DNA of 64,000 bases, taken from positions 128,001-192,000 of the forward strand of contig OZ240241.1 of the NCBI GenBank assembly GCA_965198115.1, written 5' to 3'. The DNA comes from Candidatus Latescibacterota bacterium (lineage in GTDB: Bacteria; Latescibacterota; UBA2968). Positions 39,255-49,963 of the stretch are shown in pieces (the stretch's first letter is position 1; the number at the start of each line of letters is the position of its first letter). The notes under the pieces are model-generated. The model ran no database searches and had not been told where the DNA came from. It saw nothing but the letters and a program-made list of their open reading frames with translations. The position numbers and the translations under genes are program-made.

Positions 39255-40378
39255 TCACTTCAGGTTTTCGGGATTGAGGCCATTCAGGTCTTCGACGACG
39301 AATCGACCATCCCGACGCACGAGCTCGTCGTCGAACCAGATTTCTCCGCCGCCGAAATCGGGTGTCTGGATCGCGACCATGTCCCAGTGAACGGCGGAAC
39401 GATTGCCGTTGTCGGCCGACTTGTAGGCTTGACCGGGTGTAAAATGAAAAGACCCGGCGATTTTCTCGTCGAACAGAATGTCGAGCATCGGATTCGTGAC
39501 GTAAGGGTTGAACCCGATCGCGAACTCGCCGATGAAGCGCGCTCCGTCGTCCGAGTCGAGGATCGCGGACAACTCGGTTGGCCGGTCCGCCGTGGCTTCG
39601 ACGATCTTCCCTTTTTTGAAGGTCAGAACGATGTCGCTGAACCGCGTGCCACGGTAGATCGTTGGGGTGTTGAACGCGATCTGGCCCTCGACCGAGTCCA
39701 GGACGGGGGACGTATAGCACTCGCCATCGGGGATGTTGTGCTCGCCCGAGCAACCGACGGCGGGGATATCTTTGATGCTGAACGACAGATCTGTTCCGGG
39801 GCCTGCGATTCGGACACGATCCGTCCGGTTCATCCTGGCTGTGAGCGGCTGGAGCGCTTCTTTCATTCGACCGTAGTCGAGCGTACAGACATCGAAATAG
39901 AACGATTCGAAGGCCTCTGTGCTTTGGTTGGCCTGTTGTGAGCCATCGAGGCCGTTGGCCATCGCAAAACACACCACCTGGTTCGGGGCACCCGAATGTC
40001 GAAGTGGACGGGCCGGAGCCATCGTTTTTCGTAGTGCTCCATCTCCTCGGGTGTTACGTCGGAAAGCTCGGCGATGTTATGGCTGCCACGAAGGGCGATG
40101 TAGGCCTGCACGCGCTCCATGCGAAAGGCCTCGACTTCGCCGATCAGTCCGAGATTCGTGCCTTCATCGTCCGTGCCCCGTATCAGCTCGCGCTGGATCC
40201 GGTTGTGCTTCAGAGTCACGAGAGGGTGGCCACCCCGATTCCGAATGGCGCGTATCAGGGCGATGACCATCCCATCGGGGATGTCGGTCGCTTCGACGAG
40301 CACGTTCTCACCGGCTTCGATGCGGGTGGAATGGCCGGTCAGAAGCGCTGCGAGTTGGTCGTATCTCAAGTCTTGCAC
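39255..40378 (-). CDS. M29 (AmpS/AmpT) aminopeptidase, frameshifted near 39938
   Basis: [40 protein letters not shown]. The two ORFs join if an extra CA in GCTCACAACAG is removed. Confidence 0.88.
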
Positions 40379-40514
40379 GGTGGGATCGGCCCTCAGGACG
40401 GGCGCTAAGATAAGACACATTCGGACTGCACGCCAGACGATGGTGCGCTTCGCCATCGTTCAGGCTATATTGTCACAGAGATCGCAACTCGCTAATTAAA
40501 GGACACTTACACAC

Positions 40515-41288
40515 GTGAGATTCAGGCCCTGTATCGACTTGAAGGAGGGGCGTGTCGTCCAGATCGTCGGATCGACGATGGTCGAGGACGCGCGTCCGGT
40601 CATGAACTTCGAGTCGGGTGAGGATCCTTCAGCATTCGCGCACCGATATCGGTCGGACGGTCTGACCGGGGGCCACGTGATCATGCTGGGCCCGGGGAAT
40701 GAGGAAGCCGCCCGATCGACGATCGCGGCCTTCCCGGGGGGGTTTCACGTGGGTGGTGGGATCACATCACAGAACGCGGGGGCCTTCCTGCGGCACGGTG
40801 CGAGTCACGTGATCGTCACGTCCTACGTTTTCAGGAACGGTCTGATCGACTGGGGTCGATTGGATGAGATGGTGAGTGCTGTGGGGAAAGACCGACTCGT
40901 CCTGGATCTGAGTTGTCGCCTCCGCGACGAGATCTATTTCGTCGTGACGGATCGATGGCAGCGATTTACCGAAGTGCCGGTGAATGCCGAGACGCTCGAG
41001 TCGCTAGCGGCATATTGTGACGAGTTCCTAGTACACGGTGTCGATGTGGAAGGCAGACGCGTTGGAATCGACGATGACCTGGTGGCCCTGCTGGGTCGCT
41101 CGTGTCCGATCCCCGTCACCTACGCGGGTGGGGCGAGGACCCTCGAGGATCTGGATCGCGTGTGGGAGGTTGGTGGGGACCGGGTAGACCTAACGATCGG
41201 CAGCGCCCTCGATATTTTTGGAGGAGACTTGGCCTACGATGACGTCGTCGCCTGGCATCGAAACGCGAATGGAAAGGGCGCCGTGTGA
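40515..41288 (+). CDS. hisA: ProFAR isomerase, eukaryotic His6-like type
   Basis: FRPCIDLKEGRVVQIVG, GGHVIMLG, LDLSCR, TDRWQ, EFLVHGVDVEG, TIGSALDIFGG. Confidence 0.93.
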   Translation: MRFRPCIDLKEGRVVQIVGSTMVEDARPVMNFESGEDPSAFAHRYRSDGLTGGHVIMLGPGNEEAARSTIAAFPGGFHVGGGITSQNAGAFLRHGASHVIVTSYVFRNGLIDWGRLDEMVSAVGKDRLVLDLSCRLRDEIYFVVTDRWQRFTEVPVNAETLESLAAYCDEFLVHGVDVEGRRVGIDDDLVALLGRSCPIPVTYAGGARTLEDLDRVWEVGGDRVDLTIGSALDIFGGDLAYDDVVAWHRNANGKGAV

Positions 41289-42289
41289 GCGAGCTCAGGG
41301 ACCTGGGCGAGTTTTCCCTGATCGACCGCGTCGCAGCGCACGGGCTGGCTCGCGCGGAGGGTGTGGTCAAGGGAATCGGCGACGACTGCGCTGTGCTCGA
41401 GTCTGGTGACGACACGGTTTTACTTGTCACGACCGACACTCTTGTCGAGGACACACACTTCCGGATCGCAGATACGCCGCCCGAGGGGCTGGGTTACAAG
41501 CTCCTTGCAGTCAGCCTTTCGGATGTGGCTGCCATGGGAGGCGTCCCACGTGATGCCGTACTGGCGGTGAGCGCCCCGGGGTCGTTCGATGCGGGCTATC
41601 TTGAACGGGTTTTCGATGGGATCTTCGCCTGCGGACGTCGGTTCGGCGTCAACATCGTGGGGGGCGATACGACGGAAATCGCCGGACCCCTTGTGTTCTC
41701 GCTCACGTTGTTGGGCAGCGCACCTGCCGATCAAGTGGTATACCGGTCTGGGGCGCGGCCGGGGCAGCTGATCTACGTGTCCGGCATCCTCGGTGATGCC
41801 GGCGCGGGGCTCAGAACCGCTCAAGGAGCCTTCGACATTCCGCCCGAAGACCGGCAGCATCTGCTGCGTCGTTTTCATCGCCCGAAACCGAGGGTGGACC
41901 TGGGGCGGCGACTGGCGAAAAGTCGATTGGTCGGGGCGATGATCGATCTGTCGGATGGGCTGGCATCGGACCTGGCCCACATTGCTCGAGCCAGTGCGGT
42001 AGACATCGTCATCGACCTGGAGGCGATTCCGATTTCGACCGCGACCAGGAGGTTCTGTGAAATCACGGGGGAATCCCCGATCGATCTGGCGCTGGGCGCG
42101 GGTGAGGATTACGAGCTGGCTCTTGCTGGAGATGCCGATATAAAGCATAATGGAGTGTTTAAGGACGATTTATACACGATCGGTGTCGTCGTCGAAGGCG
42201 ACGGGACCGTCCGGAAAAAGACCGTGGCAGGCTCCGAAACTCTGAATATCGGAGGGTTTTCTCACTTTGTAGGAGAAACACCGACGTGA
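41285..42289 (+). CDS. thiL: Thiamine-monophosphate kinase
   Basis: GEFSLI, GIGDDCA, SDVAAMGG, GGDT, IDLSDGL, GEDYEL. Confidence 0.95.
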   Translation: MSELRDLGEFSLIDRVAAHGLARAEGVVKGIGDDCAVLESGDDTVLLVTTDTLVEDTHFRIADTPPEGLGYKLLAVSLSDVAAMGGVPRDAVLAVSAPGSFDAGYLERVFDGIFACGRRFGVNIVGGDTTEIAGPLVFSLTLLGSAPADQVVYRSGARPGQLIYVSGILGDAGAGLRTAQGAFDIPPEDRQHLLRRFHRPKPRVDLGRRLAKSRLVGAMIDLSDGLASDLAHIARASAVDIVIDLEAIPISTATRRFCEITGESPIDLALGAGEDYELALAGDADIKHNGVFKDDLYTIGVVVEGDGTVRKKTVAGSETLNIGGFSHFVGETPT

Positions 42290-42414
42290 TCCCGATCACA
42301 TATCTTACCGCGCGGGTTCTTCAAATTACGATTGGAAGTCTGTTGTCTTATCGGAGCTATAGTTTGTGGTGCTAAGTTGATCTGATAGATTTGACGCCTT
42401 GGAAGGCTCGGGTT

Positions 42415-44112
42415 ATGGCCAATTCTGAAAAGACCTACCAGCACTGGATCGAGATCGTCAGGACGTTTCGGACGTACTACGATCACTTCCGGATTGCGTT
42501 CCCCAACATGCACCAGATTCCCAAGTTTTACACGAACGATTGGGCTTCTGAGTTCAGGCTGAGTGCGCGGGAGTTTGCACGCAAGGAAGACATGGAGGCG
42601 GTCAAACGTCTGTTCGATGGCGCAGGCTACGGCACGGAACGCTGGGAAAAGCTGACGGCCCTGTCTGCCGAATCGATCGCCGAGGTCCTTAGCCAGGCGA
42701 TGCCGATGAACGGAAAGCCGGCGGAGGTCGAATCCCGCCCTGCTGGAGAGGATGTTCTCGGCAGTATCCGGCAAGCCCTGGGTGAGGAACGTTTCAACCG
42801 GTTGCTCGCCGACCCTGCAGCCTTTGGACAGGAACTCGACCGTCTCGAGTCCGATCTCGAATCCGAAGACCAGGAAGTTGTTGATGCAGAGGTCGGGGAG
42901 CCAGAGGCCGAAGCCGAGCCTGTGGCCGAGGTGGTCGAGGAGGAGACCTCCGTGCCTCCGGAAGCCGTTGTCGAGCCAGAGGCTGAAGACTCCGTTGACG
43001 AGCCGGTCGCTCACTTGATCAATGTTCTCGGAGAGACGCGCTGGCAAGCCCTGCTCGATGATCCCGAGGCGGCGGTGAGGGCGCTAGACGGAGCAGGCGA
43101 TGGCGCGGCTGATGAGCCAGTTCTCGAAGCTGAAGCAACCGTAGACGAAGATACAGAACGTGCCCCAGCAGAAAATGGTTCGACCTGGTCGCAAGAAGAA
43201 GCCGAAGCGGCAATCAAAGCCCTGGAGACGAAAAACGACGGCTTGACGTCTGATGTCGAGACGTTGAACGAAGAAAGAGAGGAAGCCGACCAGAACCTCA
43301 AGCGCATTCAGGTTGCTCTGGATGAAAAAGAGCGAGAGCTCCAGACGATGGCGAAGAAGATCAAGTCGCTCGAGGAGAAAGCACAAGAAGCCGAGAGCCA
43401 GAAGGGTCGTGAGCCCGAAAAGGCAAATCTGCCGCCCACGCAGTTATCGCAGCAGCTTGAAGAATATGAGAAGATCGTGCAACGTTCCGAAGAACAGATC
43501 GCGGAGCTCGAGGCACAGACCGAGAAGGACGAGCTCGTCGTTAAGGAGATGGCCGAAGATCTGAAGCGGGAGAAGTATCTGCGGCAAAAGTTCGAGGACG
43601 ATCTTGGAGACGCGAGGAACGCATTGCGCGAGCAAGTCGAGAGGCTGCACAGCGTGCTCAAAGGGGACCCCGAGATTCCTTCGATCGATGAGTTCGAGCA
43701 GATGGAGAACGAGGAGTTGCTGGACTACATCGGGGACGTAGAAAAAGAGAAGCAGCGTGTTCTAGCCGGGCTCGATGCAATCGACGCGCAAGAGGAGAGC
43801 TACAAGAAACAGATCGACGTCCAGCAGGAAGAGCTGGGTGCGATCCAGGAAGACATTCAGAACATGAAGGGCTCCAACCTGGCGATGGAAGTCGAAGAAA
43901 TGAAAGCGACCGTCGAGAAGCAGCGCAGTCAGCTTCAGACGCTCATGGGCTACTCAAAGAACCTCAAAACCCGCGCTGAACAGCTGACAGAGAGGCAGGA
44001 GCCAATGCGGCGCCTCGTTCAGAAGCTGAACCTACAGGAAAAGGCGCTCGTCCGATACGTACGGTTGAACTACGACAACAAGTTCATGCCGGAGAATATC
44101 CTCCGAGCATAG
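42415..44112 (+). CDS. Large acidic coiled-coil protein of unknown function
   Basis: Long ORF with an E/A/P-rich linker and a long heptad-rich C-half. No motif recognised. Confidence 0.8.
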   Translation: MANSEKTYQHWIEIVRTFRTYYDHFRIAFPNMHQIPKFYTNDWASEFRLSAREFARKEDMEAVKRLFDGAGYGTERWEKLTALSAESIAEVLSQAMPMNGKPAEVESRPAGEDVLGSIRQALGEERFNRLLADPAAFGQELDRLESDLESEDQEVVDAEVGEPEAEAEPVAEVVEEETSVPPEAVVEPEAEDSVDEPVAHLINVLGETRWQALLDDPEAAVRALDGAGDGAADEPVLEAEATVDEDTERAPAENGSTWSQEEAEAAIKALETKNDGLTSDVETLNEEREEADQNLKRIQVALDEKERELQTMAKKIKSLEEKAQEAESQKGREPEKANLPPTQLSQQLEEYEKIVQRSEEQIAELEAQTEKDELVVKEMAEDLKREKYLRQKFEDDLGDARNALREQVERLHSVLKGDPEIPSIDEFEQMENEELLDYIGDVEKEKQRVLAGLDAIDAQEESYKKQIDVQQEELGAIQEDIQNMKGSNLAMEVEEMKATVEKQRSQLQTLMGYSKNLKTRAEQLTERQEPMRRLVQKLNLQEKALVRYVRLNYDNKFMPENILRA

Positions 44113-44121
44113 ATCGGAGCT

Positions 44122-44460
44122 TTATCGATCGAGGCGGCGGCGCAGCATTTTTGTCTGCGACCGCCGCTTTTTTTGTTCAAGGCGCCTCTGAATGGACGTG
44201 CGCGAGGGTTTCGTCCTGCGTCGTGGTTTGAGGCGACGGGATCGGGCAATGAGTTTGCGGCGGAGACGTTCGAGGGCCTCACGCTTGTTGCGCGCCTGGC
44301 TTCGGTGATCGGATGCGACGACGGTGAGGCCGGTGGGAACGTGGGTGGCGCGGACGGCGGATTCGACCTTGTTGCGATGCTGGCCGCCGGGCCCGCCCGA
44401 TCGGAGGGGCTGAAACGTGACCTGGCGGGCGAGTTCATCCAGGTCGATCGCGGTGTTCAC
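44122..44460 (-). CDS. arfB: Alternative ribosome-rescue peptidyl-tRNA hydrolase (short ArfB-like)
   Basis: [19 protein letters not shown], basic tail [10 protein letters not shown]...KKRRS. Confidence 0.85.
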   Translation of the reverse strand: MNTAIDLDELARQVTFQPLRSGGPGGQHRNKVESAVRATHVPTGLTVVASDHRSQARNKREALERLRRKLIARSRRLKPRRRTKPSRTSIQRRLEQKKRRSQTKMLRRRLDR

Positions 44461-44462
44461 GG

Positions 44463-45698
44463 CTACAGCAAGCCGGCTTTTCGGAGGGCGTCGGCCATGG
44501 AGCCACCGACCTCGTCGACCTTCTGCTTCTCCTTCGACTGGAACTCGGCCATGTCTTGCTGCTCGGCCTCTTGCTCGGCTGCCGCCTGGGCGGCCCGGAT
44601 GGAGAGCGAGATGCGGTGCTGGACGCGATCGATGTCCTGAACGCGGACTCTGACTTCATCGCCGACGTTCACGACTTCGCTTGGATTGTTGACTCGCTTT
44701 TCTGCCGTTAGCTGTGAGATGTGCACGAGACCTTCGATGCCCGGCGTGAGTTCTACAAAAGCGCCGAAATTCTGGATGGATACGACTTTGCCTGCCACGA
44801 CCTGGCCCTGACGGAATGGGAGGTTCGACCAGGGATCAGGCTCAAGGGCTTTCATGGAAAGACTGATGCGCTCGCGGTCGCCGCCGAGGTCTTTGATGTC
44901 TAGAATCTTGACCTTGATCGTTTTGCCAGTCTCGAGGACGTCGTTCGGGTTGTTCACCCTCGTGTGGCTGATCTCGGAGACGTGCACGAGGCCTTCGACA
45001 CCGCCGATGTCGACGAAGGCGCCGAATCGTTCGACGCGGGTGATCGTTCCGTCGAGCTCATCGCCCTTTGCCAACTTCTCCCGCAGGGCAAGACCCCTTG
45101 CGCGGGCCTGTTCCTCGAGAATGGCACGGTGTGAAACGACCAGATTCCGTCCGCCACCACGAAGCTCGATGATCTTGAACGGCAGGGTCTTGCCCGCGTA
45201 TGACTCGGGGTTTTGGCAGAATCTCAGCTCGATCTGAGACAGCGGACAGAAAGCCCGTAGACCGCCAAGATTGACGACAAGACCTCCCTTGTTGAAGCCT
45301 GTCACGCGTCCGTCGACGGGGAGCCCATTCTCGTGGGCTTCGCGAATGACCTGACGGTTGGAGGAACGCAACGACTTCGTCAGCTGAATTTCGCCTTCGA
45401 GGGAGGCGACGATTGCCTCGATGTCATCACCCTCGGATACGCTCAACTCGCCGTCGTCGGCGCGTAGTTCCCGAAGGTCGATCACGGCTTCACTTCGTCC
45501 GCCGAAGTCGACGAACGCGCTGCTGTCGTCAATTTTCTGAATGCGACCGGTGACCTTCTTCCCGACAGAGACATCCTGCTTTGGATCCACAGTAGGACCC
45601 GTTTGTTCGAGCAGTTTCGCGAATTCGGCGCTCGGCTTCTCTTCGCCGTACTTCTTGTCGAGTTCGGTGATATCTTCCGTTTCTTGCTGGTCGTTCAT
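44463..45698 (-). CDS. Ribosomal protein S1-like protein with four S1 domains
   Basis: [19 protein letters not shown], two FGAFV..GxEGLVHxS repeats, RISLS. Confidence 0.88.
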   Translation of the reverse strand: MNDQQETEDITELDKKYGEEKPSAEFAKLLEQTGPTVDPKQDVSVGKKVTGRIQKIDDSSAFVDFGGRSEAVIDLRELRADDGELSVSEGDDIEAIVASLEGEIQLTKSLRSSNRQVIREAHENGLPVDGRVTGFNKGGLVVNLGGLRAFCPLSQIELRFCQNPESYAGKTLPFKIIELRGGGRNLVVSHRAILEEQARARGLALREKLAKGDELDGTITRVERFGAFVDIGGVEGLVHVSEISHTRVNNPNDVLETGKTIKVKILDIKDLGGDRERISLSMKALEPDPWSNLPFRQGQVVAGKVVSIQNFGAFVELTPGIEGLVHISQLTAEKRVNNPSEVVNVGDEVRVRVQDIDRVQHRISLSIRAAQAAAEQEAEQQDMAEFQSKEKQKVDEVGGSMADALRKAGLL

Positions 45699-45888
45699 GC
45701 TGTATCCTCAATCAACTGGAACGGCCCTCGTCAGGGACGCGACGGTTTGATAATAGCTTCTAAAGCTATGACTTTCGGCCCTCGAGGCAAACCTTTTTTC
45801 ATGTTTTTGGAGGTCAGTCGCGGGCATCGCGAAGGCTGTTTGGCACGCGCCTGCGGTCGCGACAAACCGTGCGAAAGGAGTTGAGAGA

Positions 45889-46129
45889 ATGGCTGATGAG
45901 AGATACGAAAATGGGAGACGAGTCTACGCAAGCATGATCGGAGAAGAACGCGCGGCGGCTTCGTCGGCGGCGATGCGAACCCTGCATCCGGTGTTCGAGG
46001 AACAGGTCATGGCTTACGTGATGAACGATCTCTATGCCCGGCTCGGTCTCGATATGAAAACCCGTCTATTGTGTACGATCGCGGCGCTGACAGTGTCGGA
46101 TAGACAAGCCCAGCTGCGGGTTCATTTTG
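45889..46129 (+). pseudogene. Carboxymuconolactone decarboxylase family protein truncated by ISL3
   Basis: DLYARLGLDMKTRLLCTIAAL...QLRVH, then runs into the IS end. The C-terminus is not found after the IS pair. Confidence 0.8.
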
Positions 46130-47549
46130 GGCTATATCCGGATCTCTCAACGAGATGAAGTGGATGAAGGTGCCGTGGTTCCTGGCATGGGGGCGCGGTT
46201 AGAGTGTGCGGAACCTCTTCGGAATCTGCTCAGGGATGTTTATGTCTCCGACGGTAAGGAAGATCATATCGTTGAATGCGTCGAGTGTGCGGAATCCGCT
46301 GGCTCGGTTCTTGACGATTTGGACGATTCGGTTGAGGCCTTCGGCGATGGCGTTGGTAAGACGCGTGTTCACGAATGCGAGGACGCCGAAGAAGTGCTGT
46401 CGCAGGGTCCTGACGAACTTTCGCAGGGGTTCAAGTCGACTTCTGAGTGCGGACGTCGTCCAGCATTTCAGGAAGCGTTCGGCAGCCCAGGGCGCTTTGT
46501 ATTCCCAGAACTGCTCGAACTCGTCCTTGAGTCTCCAGGCTCTATAGATTCGGTAGTTCGCCTTCTCCAGTGCTTTGAGTGTCCGAGTATCCCCTCTGGA
46601 GCGTGTCGCTGAGTGCCGGTAGAGGAGCCATCGGAGGCCCTTCATGGCTTTGCGCTCATCCGGGGCAGCTTTACGCCACTGGTCCTTACGGACCTCGTCA
46701 ACGGCGGCATTGAGAGCCTTGACGATGTGAAAGCGATCGAGGACCAGCTTGGCATTCGGACAGTGTTCCTGGATGGCTCCGATGTAAGCTTCGCTCATGT
46801 CGCAGCAGGCCCACTCGATCTTGGATCTCCGGTAGGGACTGAGAGCCTCTGTGAAGAACCGATCGATCGTTTTACGCGCCCTGCCGCGGCCAACCCACAC
46901 CACGCAGGAGCGGTCCAGATCGTAAACGAGCGTGGCGTACCTGTGACGCTTGGCGTAGGAGATCTCGTCGATCCCGATGGTTTTGAGCCCTCGGATACGA
47001 TGACCTTCACGAAGCCGCGTGATGGATCGGTGAAGGAGATCCGACAGCGTCGAGGCAGAGATGCGCAGTAACTCGGACGCCGCCTTCTGCGTCATGGTCT
47101 GGCAGTAGCGCAGCATGGCATACTCGAAGCGATACGTCACCCGAGAGAACCGCTCCGCCCACGGAATCTCCTCGACCACACGACCGTGGGTAGGACACCG
47201 AATCTCCCGAGGATGGTAGAGAAGCCAGACCCTCCACCCGCACACCGGAATGTCACGCCACCGACGCGGATGGGGCATTGTGCGGACGATTTTACCTCGA
47301 CGGCCGCACTCCGGACAACAACAACCATTCTTATGTGGCTTTACGGCGATGACGAAGCAGCTTCTCCCCCCAAACCACCAGCTGACAACACGGAACCCCT
47401 TGAATCTCAGCAGTTTCGATAGTAATCTGCTCCCGGTCATAGGTCGCACCCCCTTCGCTTTGATTGTCCTACACACACAACCAAGCGTAGGGAACGATCT
47501 ATGACCTTGTCATTCTATAGTTTCACCGTTGAGAAACCCGGATAGAGCC
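46130..47549 (-). mobile_element. ISL3 copy 2 (1420 bp, transposase 46199-47476)
   Basis: Near-identical to copy 1 with the same termini. No matching TSD. Confidence 0.95.
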
Positions 47550-47558
47550 TTTTTTATT

Positions 47559-48901
47559 GGCTATATCCGGATCTCTCAACGAGATGAAGTGGGTGAAGGT
47601 GCCGTGGTTCCTGGCATGGGGGCGCGGTTAGCGTGTGCGGAACCTCTTCGGAATCTGCTCAGGGATGTTTATGTCTCCGACGGTAAGGAAGATCATATCG
47701 TTGAATGCGTCGAGTGTGCGGAATCCGCTGGCTCGGTTCTTGACGATTTGGACGATTCGGTTGAGGCCTTCGGCGATGGCGTTGGTAAGACGCGTGTTCA
47801 CGAATGCGAGGACGCCGAAGAAGTGCTGTCGCAGGGTCCTGACGAACTTTCGCAGGGGTTCAAGTCGACTTCTGAGTGCGGACGTCGTCCAGCATTTCAG
47901 GAAGCGTTCGGCAGCCCAGGGCGCTTTGTATTCCCAGAACTGCTCGAACTCGTCCTTGAGTCTCCAGGCTCTATAGATTCGGTAGTTCGCCTTCTCCAGT
48001 GCTTTGAGTGTCCGAGTATCCCCTCTGGAGCGTGTCGCTGAGTGCCGGTAGAGGAGCCATCGGAGGCCCTTCATGGCTTTGCGCTCATCCGGGGCAGCTT
48101 TACGCCACTGGTCCTTACGGACCTCGTCAACGGCGGCATTGAGAGCCTTGACGATGTGAAAGCGATCGAGGACCAGCTTGGCATTCGGACAGTGTTCCTG
48201 GATGGCTCCGATGTAAGCTTCGCTCATGTCGCAGCAGGCCCACTCGATCTTGGATCTCTGGTAGGGACTGAGAGCCTCTGTGAAGAACCGATCGATCGTT
48301 TTACGCGCCCTGCCGCGGCCAACCCACACCACGCAGGAGCGGTCCAGATCGTAAACGAGCGTGGCGTACCTGTGACGCTTGGCGTAGGAGATCCGACAGC
48401 GTCGAGGCAGAGATGCGCAGTAACTCGGACGCCGCCTTCTGCGTCATGGTCTGGCAGTAGCGCAGCATGGCATACTCGAAGCGATACGTCACCCGAGAGA
48501 ACCGCTCCGCCCACGGAATCTCCTCGACCACACGACCGTGGGTAGGACACCGAATCTCCCGAGGATGGTAGAGAAGCCAGACCCTCCACCCGCACACCGG
48601 AATGTCACGCCACCGACGCGGATGGGGCATTGTGCGGACGATTTTACCTCGACGGCCGTACTCCGGACAACAACAACCATTCTTATGTGGCTTTACGGCG
48701 ATGACGAAGCAGCTTCTCCCCTCAAACCACCAGCTGACAACACGGAACCCCTTGAATCTCAGCAGTTTCGATAGTAATCTGCTCCCGGTCATAGGTCGCA
48801 CCCCCTTCGCTTTGATTGTCCTACACACACAACCAAGCGTAGGGAACGATCTATGACCTTGTCATTCTATAGTTTCACCGTTGAGAAACCCGGATAGAGC
48901 C
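47559..48901 (-). mobile_element. ISL3 copy 3 with a 77-bp internal deletion (transposase pseudogene)
   Basis: Tandem with copy 2 across a 9-bp spacer. Length 1343 bp, deletion junction AGGAGATC at 48386-48393. Confidence 0.93.
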
Positions 48902-48909
48902 TTTTTATT

Positions 48910-49335
48910 TTGGGCGCAGTTTTTCGCGCCGCCGACGGCGTGAATGCCGCAGCTGTCTACCTGACCGGGTTTACAGGAACACCTCCCCGGCGGGAAATCA
49001 GCCGTGTTGCTCTTGGGGCCGAACAGACGGTTCCGTGGTGTTACGAGCGCTCGACTGTCGATACGGTCGACTTGCTTCAGCGACAGGGAGTACAAGTACT
49101 GGCCTTCGAGCACAACGAGCAGAGCGTAGACTATCGCACGGTTTCCGTCGCGTTCCCCGTGGCCTTCGTCCTCGGGCACGAAGTGGAGGGCATCCACCCT
49201 GACACGATCAATCGGTGCGACAGTGTGGCGCATATTCCTATGCTTGGCCGCAAGGATTCTCTGAACGTGTCCGTCGCGGCGGGTATCGCGTTTTACCACC
49301 TGCTGACGTTGAAGGAGTCCGGCGATGCCGGATGA
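48910..49335 (+). pseudogene. TrmH/SpoU RNA methyltransferase lacking its N-terminus
   Basis: GAVFRAADG, VLGHEVEG, IPMLGRKDSLNVSVAAGI. The usual upstream VLDN..NxG segment is replaced by IS sequence. Confidence 0.82.
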
Positions 49336-49963
49336 AACCGGACGGTTACAAAGTCTTGAAGCGGAGGTGGCCTCGTTACAGAGCGAGGTAGCCCGTCTGC
49401 GTGAAGAGAACAGACGATGGGCAAGACTGGCCGGCACCGATTCGTTGACGGGATTGCCCAACAAGATTTCGTTTATGCGAGCGTTCGTACCGCAGACTTT
49501 CAAGACGGCGTCTGAAGAGCAGCAGTCTGTCGGGCTTCTGCTCTTTTCCCCGGACAATCTGGGTGTTGTCAATGAAACTCACGGTCGAGAGGCTGGCGAT
49601 CAGCTGCTCAAAGGACTGGGCGCCCTGATCCAATCTCTCGTCGGAGATTCGGGGCGTCTGGGATTGCTCGATGGTTCGAATTTCGTGCTTATGATGTATC
49701 CTTCTTCGGTGGAGGAAGCCCGGGGTCGGGGGAACATGATTCGTGCCCGAGTTCGCACACACGCCTTCCCGTGTGCGGATGCGACTGCGCAAATCACGGT
49801 GAGCGCCGGTGTGACGGCCGTCGCACCCAGCGAAGGAGATGATCTTCAGTCGTTGAGTGAGGAACGATTCAAGACGCTGAACGAGGCACTGTTCACGGCC
49901 AAAAAGGCAGGCGGCGATCGCGTCGAAGTCGTGTCCGATTCCAACGAGACGGTTTCCTCGTGA
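49325..49963 (+). CDS. GGDEF-domain protein with degenerate active site
   Basis: Coiled coil, TDSLTGLPNK, VNETHGREAGDQLL, LDGSNF in place of GG(D/E)EF, TVSAG, AKKAGGDR. Confidence 0.85.
   Translation: MPDETGRLQSLEAEVASLQSEVARLREENRRWARLAGTDSLTGLPNKISFMRAFVPQTFKTASEEQQSVGLLLFSPDNLGVVNETHGREAGDQLLKGLGALIQSLVGDSGRLGLLDGSNFVLMMYPSSVEEARGRGNMIRARVRTHAFPCADATAQITVSAGVTAVAPSEGDDLQSLSEERFKTLNEALFTAKKAGGDRVEVVSDSNETVSS

Noticed and set aside
39920-39950. Programmed frameshifting in the aminopeptidase, ATPase-TOPRIM or istA genes
   Set aside because: The indels lie in short homopolymer or dinucleotide runs without convincing slippery-site context. Sequencing error or decay is simpler.
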